From: Eledone cirrhosa | Taxonomy: Eukaryota | Direction: 5' to 3' | DNA length: 64,000 nucleotides | Assembly (NCBI GenBank): GCA_964016885.1 | Contig: CAXHJY010000130.1 | Coordinates: forward strand, 1,743 to 65,742 | Shown: positions 1-9,892 of the stretch, piece after piece | Layout: each line of letters begins with the position of its first letter | Position numbering within the stretch: the stretch's first letter is position 1 | The notes under the pieces: model-generated | What the model was told of the DNA's origin: nothing | Databases searched by the model: none | What the model saw: only the letters and a program-made list of their open reading frames with translations | Program-made: the position numbers and the translations under genes

Positions 1-814
1 ATTTTCATCCTTCTTAAACTCCGGGGCTGGAAATCATTCGGTTATCTACTTATATATATAACCAGCAATTTCTCTGTCTGTCTGTCCGACAGTGGAAACA
101 CGTGCGTAGAGAGAGAGAGTGAGAGTGAAAGAAAGAGACAGACTACGAGAGGGGGATAGCGGGAGGGAGAGAGGGAGAGAGAGAGAGTGAATAGACGCTA
201 AAACACGTGCTACAGAAATATTACCTTCCCCTCTCCACTGACTTTGGTCACTGAGGCCGAGGGAATCGCTGGTTGCTATAGAGACACCTTGCACAAGCCA
301 GAAGTAACCAGTTCGAGGCGGTTCTGACTTGACACTATGCGAAGAAGGTTGCCATTGAATTTGTGGTTTGAAGAAGGTTGCCATTGAATTTGTGGTTGTT
401 GCTGCTGATAATAAGGACCATTTGAAGAAGGTTGCTGCTGATGAGGTAATTTATTAATCAGATTGCGCAGTTCCATAACCTACGTTTGATTTGTTCAATT
501 TTTTTCTTCAATTTTTTTTTTTTTTTTTTAAATTTCTTATTGAAAAAATATAAATAATAAAATAAGGTTAGAAATTTAAATACAATTAAATACGATTTAA
601 TTTCCATCTCCAGCAGCCAATGTCCAGTGTTCAATTTTATGAAAAAATTGGAAATAATTAAAAAAATTGAAGTTTAACTTTTGAACATTTGTTTTGACAA
701 TAAAAAAATATTTCCTTATTCACACCTAATGGTATGATTAAAATTTCATAGGAATATTTTTTTCTAACCGCCAGTTATTTAAATATTATTAAAAATAAAT
801 TTTTTTTAAAAAGA

Positions 815-1563
815 ATGGAAGATTTTGTGGATTTTTTTACCACCTTCCAAGCCTTAAGCACTAATTCTCGCGAATTTGTGTTTTGTAATGACCCTCAGGA
901 CGCTGCTATTGTTGATTCCAATAGTGCCTGGTATTCGAATATGTTAGTATACAATTTTTTGAATAAAATTAAGGCGCAATTAGAGCTGCCAAACAAATTT
1001 TTTTCGGCTTCGGCCCATATTATTTTTGGGAAAATTCTATTGGCTCTAATGAGTCTGCTTCTGTTGGCGTTATTTGCGACAGTCACCATTTCTTGACTTT
1101 CAAGTTTGGTTATGCAGCCTCATTACCTGTGCTTGAGCTGGCAGATTCGGGTCTTCACTTCAAAAATTTTGACTTTTTTGATCGGATTAAATATTACCTT
1201 GATGATGGACACAGGGCTACAGTGAAAAAAATTGGAATTCTGAATGGATTCAAAACTTTTTCCTTGACCCAAAATTTCGTTTTTAGGTTCAGGGTTCTAA
1301 ATGTGCAGCAGCAGACTAATGGAACTGATTGTGGTCTTTTTGCAATTTTATTATCTTTGATATGGGTTCTAAATTCTAATCCCACAAATTTTGAGTTTTC
1401 CACTCAGAATCAAATTAATCTGCTCAGAAAATCTTTCAGGGATTGCTATAATATCAATAAAATTTTGGAGTGTAATTTTTTAAATCGCAGGGAAGTTGTG
1501 AATCCCATTTTATATGAGAATGTTTTTGTTTTCGACCCTATTAGAAAAGCTCTTTCTAATTGA
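815..1563 (+). pseudogene. Ulp1/SENP-like (C48) cysteine protease carried in the Helitron, split by a frameshift
   Basis: Frame +2 has WYSNMLVYNFL, resembling the Ulp1 WLND..INFY motif. After the T-run near 998-1004, frame +1 (open 973-1563) has SHHFLTFK (His), LADS (Asp) and VQQQTNGTDCGLFA (Gln oxyanion + catalytic Cys). Confidence 0.65.
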
Positions 1564-1868
1564 AATCAACTAGGTCTGGCTGCACACCTATCTGACCCCT
1601 TGATGATAAATTTCCAAGAAAATCATTATGGAAAAACCTCAACCTTTCTGTCCAACCCGGTTTTAGCTCAAATCCCAACTATAAAAGGCAATAAAAAGCC
1701 AATTATAATTGAGGAAGATCAAAAAAGTCCAAAAATAACCAAAACTGGAAACGAATTGCCTGGAATCACTGCAGACGTATTGCCAGCTGCGGTAGTTTCG
1801 CCTCCAGCTGATAAAACTTTGCCGCCTGCAAAACCGACAGAAGATTCCAAACGCAAGCCCAAATATTT

Positions 1869-3452
1869 TTGGATCCAGTTTTGGTTGCTGAGTATATGGC
1901 TCAGCATAATTGCACCGAAGCCTCTGCGAAAACAGCTTTACGCAGAAAAGCTCAAAAGGCCTCTGAAACCGAGTCGCAAAGAAATAAGCGACTTGAAAAG
2001 CAGCGAAAAGATAGGCAGCGTTCTAGGGGTCAGGAGTCTAAGGACTCAAAAGGCATAAGGAAGGAAAAAGACCGTGAGCATAAAGATGCTACTCGGCAAT
2101 CTGAGACTACCGAAGAACGGGAAATCAGATTGAACAAGGACAAAGTTGGGCACCCTGAGGCCTATTACAATAGGACCTTCAAAAAGGACCCAAAATACTT
2201 CCGTATTGCTTTTAAGCCCATAGATGAGGTGGATTTCGACTCGGAGATAATCCACCTCAAATATAAGGACAATCCATGTGAGCATTGCGGGGCGTACAAA
2301 TTGCCCTTAGAGCCACCTGGATTGTGTTGCATGAATGGCAAGGTTAAGCTCCCTGAATTTGAACGCCCAGGGGAGGAAATCGCCAGTTTATATGAGGGTA
2401 GTGACGAATATGCAAAAATGTTCGCTAAATTCTTAAGGTGCCTTAACACAGGATTTGCCTTCAGTAATATGCACTGTACTGAGCTTCCAATCGGTGAAGT
2501 GAAGCCGAGTATGAAAATTCATGGGTTTTCGTATCAAACGATGGTCCAACTTGAGCCGCAAGCAGGCCAAAGACCTAGATATGCGCAGGTGCACATCTTT
2601 GATAAGGAGACCCAAAAACTCGAGAGGGAAAAATTTGAGTTTGAGCCTCGATACCGTGCAATTCTGAACTATATCCAGGCTAAGTTCAATGATTTCATCC
2701 CGGATGAGAATATTCTATCAAGAACTTTCAAAACGGGATACGAAATGCTCGAACAGATGCCCGAATATAGGCTGGTGTTAGGGGATTGTCTGCCTGCCAA
2801 TAAAACTCATCTCCTCCCTACAGTGTCTGAAATAGCGGGGCTCTACCAAGAGAAGGATATTAAGGAACTTGGGAGGGTCATTTTAGTGAGAAAACGGGCA
2901 GGCAAAGAAGGATACGTCCGTGTTGACTTCCTAAGCCCGTTTTATGAACCTCTGGGCTATCCTCTTATTTTCAATAATGGCCAGAATGGGTGGAGCCGTT
3001 GGAACCCGAAAACAGAAACTGGCCATAAAGAAACTTTGTTGCAGTATATCAAGTACTATTTAATGGTCCGGGACAATTTTTTCAACCCTCTTATATTGAG
3101 CGGTAATCTGTTGCACCAGTATGCGAAAGATATGAAAATGCGTCTGGATTACATTAATTTCCAGTTTCAGGTTAAGCATCAGCAAAGGATTAAGGGGTCA
3201 TATAGGTTTGAATCGGTCGACACTCTAAAGTATTGTGAAAATCCTGCAGAAGTTGGAGTCGGCGTCGTCCTGTCCGAATCGACTCCTGGGACTCCAAAGT
3301 GGTACAAAAAATTGTACCGAGATTCAATGGCACTGGTCAGAGAATTTGGATGTCCAGACCTTTTTGTGACCATGACCTCCAATCCTAAACTGCCTGAAAT
3401 AGAAGAATTATCTCGCAACAACCTTTCTAATTCTGATTTTGTTGAAAATTGA
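1869..3452 (+). CDS. Helitron RepHel N-terminal fragment (charged helix, zinc finger, Rep motif 1); lacks HUH motif and helicase
   Basis: CEHCGAYK...PPGLCCMNGKVKLP zinc finger, RPRYAQVHIFD, YEPLGYPLIF..GQNGW, PGTPKWYKKLYRDSMALVREFGCPDLFVTMTSNPKLPEI, then stop. The 1600..2058 ORF may be its frameshifted N-terminus (T-run ~1866-1870). Confidence 0.88.
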   Translation: MDPVLVAEYMAQHNCTEASAKTALRRKAQKASETESQRNKRLEKQRKDRQRSRGQESKDSKGIRKEKDREHKDATRQSETTEEREIRLNKDKVGHPEAYYNRTFKKDPKYFRIAFKPIDEVDFDSEIIHLKYKDNPCEHCGAYKLPLEPPGLCCMNGKVKLPEFERPGEEIASLYEGSDEYAKMFAKFLRCLNTGFAFSNMHCTELPIGEVKPSMKIHGFSYQTMVQLEPQAGQRPRYAQVHIFDKETQKLEREKFEFEPRYRAILNYIQAKFNDFIPDENILSRTFKTGYEMLEQMPEYRLVLGDCLPANKTHLLPTVSEIAGLYQEKDIKELGRVILVRKRAGKEGYVRVDFLSPFYEPLGYPLIFNNGQNGWSRWNPKTETGHKETLLQYIKYYLMVRDNFFNPLILSGNLLHQYAKDMKMRLDYINFQFQVKHQQRIKGSYRFESVDTLKYCENPAEVGVGVVLSESTPGTPKWYKKLYRDSMALVREFGCPDLFVTMTSNPKLPEIEELSRNNLSNSDFVEN

Positions 3453-4425
3453 GGTATCTTTGGCTAACAAAATTAAATTCTAATTAAAATATTAATAGGA
3501 AAAAAATTCAAACAAAGTGCTGATTGACTCGCTTGGTAATTGACTCTGTTGATAATTGGCTCTCTTGATAACTCTCTTGATACTTCTCATCTCGGTAATT
3601 TTAAAATATTAATTAAAAATAATAATTATTCAACAAATTATTATATAAGCTTTATAAAAAAATAGATATACAAAACTGATATACAAAAATAGATATACAT
3701 ATCTGTCTGTCTGTCTGTCTGTGTCTGTAATGCAGCAACTTTTGATCCGCAAAGCCGATTTTCAATTTTTCTTTTGTAATCAACCATAAATTTATCAGGG
3801 CAGGTCGGCACAATATTGCGAATAATTGACAACCGCTTTTTTTAGGTAAAAAATCGATAAAACTGACAATGGGTCAACTTTGCACAGGTTTCTTCCAATC
3901 TCGCACTACAGGCTGTGTGTGTCGACATCTGTTTTTAATGATGGTTCATATATCCTATTTCTTTGAAATGATGGTTCATATATCCTATTTCTTTGAAATT
4001 TTTTTACAGAGCTTCTTCTAGCATAAGACCTGTAATTGAGCGGCACAGGTTTTCAAAAATCGATATTGCGGCCTTTGGAGATATATCAAAATTTGGATTA
4101 TTTTTACCAATGTTCGTGATTAAGTATGACAAGAGTTATCTTTCTCCGCGACCAGCGTCTCCGATTTCGAACGCTGGTTTACACACACATAATTAAAAGT
4201 TATTTAAGTTTAAGCCATCACACGCTTTTAATGTTGTAAAAAAAATGTTTACCGGATAACGGATAACACTGAGCTCATATATTAATTATTTCGCTGGAAT
4301 AGTGCCTAATATTTTCATGTTTACATAAAGTACGTATTTCTTCTATGTATTCAAATTTACTTTGTTTACTTTAATGAGCTACATCGAAAGCTACTTCACC
4401 CGTCCAAAGGACGGGTACTAGATAG

Positions 4426-4936
4426 TCTACTTATAATATATAATGGGCATTTCTCTGTTTGTTTGTCTGTCTGTCTGTCCGTCTGAAATTTACACACCTA
4501 TAGACGCGGTTTCAAATCTCTATACTTTTCAAATTCATTACATTAATCTTTATTCATACGTTTCGCTTTACGAGTGTTTCGACTTACGAGTGTTTCGGCT
4601 TACGAGTGTTTCAGCTTATCATTATATATAAACGTTTCTATTTCCATCGTTTTATCGTAAACGTTTATATATTTCCATCGTTATATCATAACGTTTATGT
4701 ATCATAACGTTTATATTTCCGTCACTAATCTCTTTTTCTCCTTTTTCGTTTTAACATATATTTATTTCAAAGATTTCACCGTATAGATAACATATATATT
4801 TATACATGCATAAAAGACACACCGAGAGACGGTGAACATGTGGTGTCGAAAACATTTCTCATTCAAATCTCAACAATATCAGTATATACACTATATTTGC
4901 TAGCAGAAAACCGCCCACCGGGTGGTTTTCTGCTAG
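4426..4936 (+). mobile_element. Non-autonomous Helitron
   Basis: Starts TCTACTTATAATATATAATGGGCATTTCTCTG with (TCTG)n, similar to the start at 45. Ends with hairpin CTAGCAGAAAACCGCCC-ACC-GGGTGGTTTTCTGCTAG (4900-4936). Confidence 0.8.
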
Positions 4937-5726
4937 TCTATATATATAAAACAGAGGATGTCTGTGTGTCTGTTTCCCTAAAACTCGAGAAGTACCCAAC
5001 CGGTTTTTTTCAAACTTTATACATGTAACTCGTATGACCCCGGAAGTGTTTTGAGCAAAAACAATTCAAATTTTCAATGCCCTAGGGACCGCATTAGGCG
5101 ATTTAGCGATCTCTTTCTCTTTCTCTTAGTCTTTCTCTTTTTAGATAGATACATAGATATGATGTCGCGCCTTCATAATATCTGTCTGTATGCCTGACTG
5201 TCTGCATCACGTCATTATGACGCGATCAGTGTGTGTGTGTGTATATATTCTTATGCCAGGGAACGTCTTCACGAACCAAAGTATCGTCTTCCTGATTTCC
5301 AGATTGATTTTTTTAGTTTAAGAAGATCCCGTTAAGGTTGAAAGCAGCGATTCTTTGCTTAAACATTAATATGTTATTTTAATATAGATATTCGTGTACA
5401 GATATTTTTGCACACACAAAAACAAAATATAAACAAACAAGCCAGAGATTACATCAATTAGTCTTAGTGTATGTACTTCATACTGCTTTTAGGTAGAATA
5501 TCCCGTTAAGGGTGAAAGCAGTGATTCTTTGCTTAAACTTTAGTCTGTTATTTTAATATATATATATATATATATAATTATATATTTATGGACAGATATT
5601 TTTGCATACACAATAACAAAATATAAACAAACGTATTTATTTCACGAGGTTCGATAAGGATAAATATATATCAAATATATAAGAACCCTATAGCAAATCC
5701 CGAGCAACGCCGGGCCATTCTGCTAG
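4937..5726 (+). mobile_element. Non-autonomous Helitron containing nested HHR-repeat fragments
   Basis: Starts TCTATATATATAAAACAGAGG. Ends CCCGAGCAACGCCGGG hairpin + CCATTCTGCTAG, followed by host T5727. Confidence 0.72.
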
Positions 5727-5829
5727 TTTTAAATAGAATATTAGTCAAACGACTCCATTTATACCATAAACTTGGTCTTGTCTTTGCATGAAATTGTTCT
5801 TCTCGGTCCACATAACGACATAGTATCCT

Positions 5830-6010
5830 CGCTTTTGTCCGTTCATTGCTAGGGAACGTCTTCACGAACCAAAATATCGTCTTCCTGTTTTCCTTCGGTT
5901 GCAACGTTTCTCGAAATATTTACTTCTGCGTTCACAGATTAAATTTTTTAGTTTCAGAAGATCCCGTTAATGTTGAAAGCAGCGATTCTTTGCTTAAACT
6001 TTAATCTGTT
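5830..6010 (+). repeat. HHR-bearing dispersed repeat family X (PLE-terminal-repeat-like); copies also at 5250-5365, 5490-5555, 23520-23740, 46065-46260, 47984-48090, 48660-48900, 61940-62100
   Basis: Recurrent ...AGTTTCAGAAGATCCCGTTAAGGGTGAAAGCAGCGATTCTTTGCTTAAACTTTAATCTG... on both strands, usually abutting (TA)n. Confidence 0.85.
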
Positions 6011-6113
6011 CTTATAACAAATATATATATATATATATATATGAGAGACGTAAGATAAGAAAATTATAAAATTATAAAAAAATTATAAAATTGACTTACT
6101 TACTAAAATATCA

Positions 6114-6193
6114 CTTCCAACTAATTAGTTTCTGGAATGGAGTAAATATATTTTCCGAAGAATATATAGAAAAGCATTCCGTCGTCAGGAAAG
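6114..6193 (-). ncRNA. Type I hammerhead ribozyme with long stem II loop
   Basis: Minus strand CTTTC-CTGACGA-C-GGAATG...CATTCC-A-GAAA-CTAATTAG-T-T-GGAAG. Stems I, II and palindromic III all pair; GUU triplet. Confidence 0.65.
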
Positions 6194-6357
6194 TCTATTT
6201 TCATGTAAGTTTCCAGGCATAGCGAGGACTCTGGAAACTTATTAAAAAAATAATTCAGTGGAAAGGAAATAGCGAAGCGTGGACTGAAATCCTAGCCATT
6301 GAGTAAATCACTGCCTCTACGTCTGTGGCAAATTCAAAAAGTTACTAGATATAAATT

Positions 6358-6407
<50 letters not shown>

Positions 6408-6680
6408 AGGAGGTGAGTTTTATTGTAGTACAATAAAGCAATGCAGATATCGGATAAGAAGCACTCTACAGTTTGTAGGACTGGAGTATACATAATATAT
6501 AAGATCAAAAGATGGTTAAAAGAGTTCCATGTATTTTATTATGCGCATTTCAAAAACAAATATCATCATGCAATAACATTTGTGTTTTCATCAGATAAAA
6601 TAGGAAATGCGCATAATAAAATACATGGAACTCTTTTAACCATCTTTTGATCTTATATATTATATATATATATATATATA

Positions 6681-7704
6681 TATGAGAATAAACGTGCTGC
6701 GTGGTTGCTAATGGGTTACATATGAATAAAGTTAGTCCTTCATCAGTGATCTTCCAACCATCATTGGTATTTCATCGCTTTAAAGACCATATACCTCCAG
6801 TTGGTGCGAGCAACGGCTAAAAAAAGTCGTTGGGACACGTAAATAAAGGGGACACGAGAGTAAACAAACAAAGATGGTGAAGCAACGAAAAGTGAGGAAG
6901 AAAGAGTCAAGTACCAAATTTCCATGAATTGTTTACACTCTCGTGTCCCCTTTATTTACGTGTCCCAACGACTTTTTTTAGCCGTTGCTCGCACCAACCG
7001 GAGGTATATGGTCTTTAAAGCGGTGAAATACCAATGATGGTTGGAAGATCACTGATGAAGGTCTAACTTTATTCATATGTAACCCATTAGCAACCACGCA
7101 GCACGTTTATTCTCATATTTACACATATTTTTCCCCCGCTGTGACCCGTCTATTTCGTTCTTACTGCTTCCTCTTTCTCTGTATCTTTCCCCTCTCTAAC
7201 AGTCACTCTCTCTGTTAGCCTCTTCCTCACCCTTCACTCACTCACTCTCTGTTACTACCTCTCCTCCTCCTCCTTCCCGTTTGACCTGTGCGTAATTCTT
7301 TTCTTTCGCACCCTTGGTCAGGCAGGTTCGCTTTTTTTCTCTCTCTCGTCTACGATTTCACAGAACTTATGTTCACCGAATTCACAGACTAGATTCCTTC
7401 TTCCTCCCGTTAGACCTGTACGGAATTCCTTCCTTGCTCACATTCCAACCAGGTTTGATGGTCTTTATTCTCTCTCGTTCACGATTTCACCGAACTTATA
7501 TTCATGGAAATTTGGGACTTGACTCTTTCTTCCTCACTTTTCGTTGCTTCACCATCTTTGTTTGTTTACACTCTCGTGTCCCCTTTATTTACGTGTCCCA
7601 ACGACTTTTTTTAGCCGTTGCTCGCACCAACCGGAGGTATATGGTCTTTAAAGCGATGAAATACCAATGATGGTTGGAAGATCACTGATGAAGGACTAAC
7701 TTTA

Positions 7705-7708
<4 letters not shown>
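6681..7708 (+). mobile_element. Non-coding PLE-type non-autonomous element: ~633-bp unit in partial tandem plus 5' inverted segment
   Basis: 6930-7078 is repeated at 7563-7708. 6681-6929 is the reverse complement of the unit end (7500-7708) extended by 7079-7117. Flanked by (TA)n. Confidence 0.7.
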
Positions 7709-7743
<35 letters not shown>

Positions 7744-8012
7744 CGGATTCATAGAAACACTTTAAACGTATAACGTTTGATTTGTCCAGGTGTATTTTTT
7801 CTCAACCTGTTAGTTCTTTCGTTACTTTGGTATTGTGTGTTAGATTTTGCCTACCACAATCTTCAATTTGTCAAGCTATTTAAACGTATGTTATTACTCT
7901 AAGGACCTACCTTGTCGAATACTTTGTTAACTCATTCATATAGTAGGTCGAATTTGCTTGCACACCGCCAAAGATTCGCTTTTACTAAGCATCCAATTAT
8001 ATATATATATAT

Positions 8013-8043
<31 letters not shown>

Positions 8044-8055
8044 TGGGGAGAGTGA

Positions 8056-8087
<32 letters not shown>

Positions 8088-9513
8088 TGCTTTGTACGGC
8101 TTTTGGAAGAAGGAGTGACCAGCAGTACGTTGTTCGGTATTATTACGAAAAGGTGTAGCAGAGAATCCCGCGTGAACTAACAGCTCGTGAGGAAACTGCT
8201 TACCTCAAAGATTCATTCGCCATCGTTCTTGTCAACGCTCCGTTTACTTGGTATTTGTTGGTCTACAGTTAGATGAATGGCGCACAAAGGGTTAATGTTT
8301 ATTGGCAAGAGGTTTTTGGAATAATAAAAGACGGGTTAAAGCAACCTACAATGTATCTGTATATACACCACCCACCCCACACGCAACTAACATCACTAAC
8401 ACCCCCCAACCCCACGCACACGTACCCACACACCCTCGTACACCACCAACTCTACACACCCTACCACCACTAACCCCCACTCACACCTGCATTCCACCCC
8501 TCCCCACCTCCCGTATACTAACACCCACTAACACCTCTTCACCAAACTACACACACACCAGTACACCACACTCCCTCCATAGAACCACACACACCCTTCT
8601 CTCCCCGCTCCACACTCACTCATCCCACTAACACCCCTACTAATACACACACACACACACACACACACACCCTCCTCACTCCAACTCTCACACCTACCCA
8701 TCCTCGCCTCCCTACCATTCCGCCGACTGCTGCTATGCCCTTCCGACCACCTCTCAGCACCAACTGACCACAGCACTCCCACTGCTGACCACTTCCTGTT
8801 GCGCGCGCACCCCACATCTCTCATCTTCCGACCACCGCTTCTTGGATTACCCACACGCGAAATTGACTTCTAACCAAATCTCCAAACATCCGTGGAACTT
8901 ACCAACTTTTCAACCATCCTCTTACACCATCACCTATATAACTCACCCACACCCCCCACACCCCAAATTTTTTTTTATCCACACGCCACCCACACCCAAA
9001 ACACGCTTAAACCACACACACGTGCTTCCCACCACATATTTACACCCTCAGCCTCCTGATTCCTCTCCCCCACCCCCCTATCCACACACGCACAGACACT
9101 CCGACCCACAAAAACACCCCCACACACACATTCCTGAACATGCAACCCCGTTCTTCCTCCAACCCTCACTTTCACATACACACACACACACACACGCACA
9201 CCTAACCACACACACCACCTTCAGCCCTCCCCGCTCGGACACCCCGTCTCCCTCTCCCCACTCCACCCGCCACCACCCCTACTCACCTCACTCCCTTCCA
9301 CCACCTGTTTACCCCCCTTTTAATTTCAGTTTATTTTGATCATGCCTTTATTTTTAAATGTTCTCATTCCTTGTAATTTGATCATGCTTTATTTTTATTT
9401 ATTATATTTTTTGTCTTTATTTGTTAATTTTTCATTCGCACCGTTTCCTTTCGCTATATGTCTCTCCACCACTCCCCTACACTCCTTTTGAACTCTGTTC
9501 CCACACACTTCTC

Positions 9514-9545
9514 ACCTGAAGAAGGGCTTATGCCCGAAACGTCGT
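9514..9545 (+). ncRNA. Minimal PLE-type hammerhead motif (second copy 14029-14060)
   Basis: CTGAAGA-A-GGGC-TTAT-GCCC-GAAAC-GTC. Stems I and III are minimal, as in PLE hammerheads that act as dimers. Confidence 0.6.
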
Positions 9546-9892
9546 CCCCCACCTACCCCCCACTCTCCTGAGCGTGAATTTAATAAACATTTATTGTACT
9601 GCCTCTCTGTTCTGTCCCTGTTCAATTTTTCATTAAATATAACACACGCTCACACGGCTTCCATCCTTGGAACTTAACTTAACAACCGGCTCAACCCCGA
9701 TCTAATCCGCCGTGACCTTTCTCCGAACTTTACACACCTTCCCACTTTTGTCTTTCCTTCCACGCATTACCTCTGTTTGATTTTGTTACCGTACCCTTTT
9801 TTTTCCGTATAAGATTCTTTGCCTGTGTTCTTACAATTGTATTTCTATGATTTTTTGTTCACGATCGCCTGTGTTATTACCTTTATGATTTT

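Larger units (their letters stand above)
45..4425 (+). mobile_element. Helitron (truncated autonomous-type 5' part, possibly composite)
   Basis: Host A44 then 5' TCTACTTATATATA with (TCTG)n subterminal. Internal Ulp1-like and RepHel N-terminal ORFs. 3' hairpin ACCCGTCC-AAA-GGACGGGT (4398-4416) followed by CTAG (4418-4421) and ATAG. The 3640-4425 part may be a separate non-autonomous element. Confidence 0.75.

Noticed and set aside
7020-7065. Type II hammerhead (GAAA upstream of CTGATGA) in the 633-bp element
   Set aside because: No U-H cleavage dinucleotide in register and no stem II pairing.
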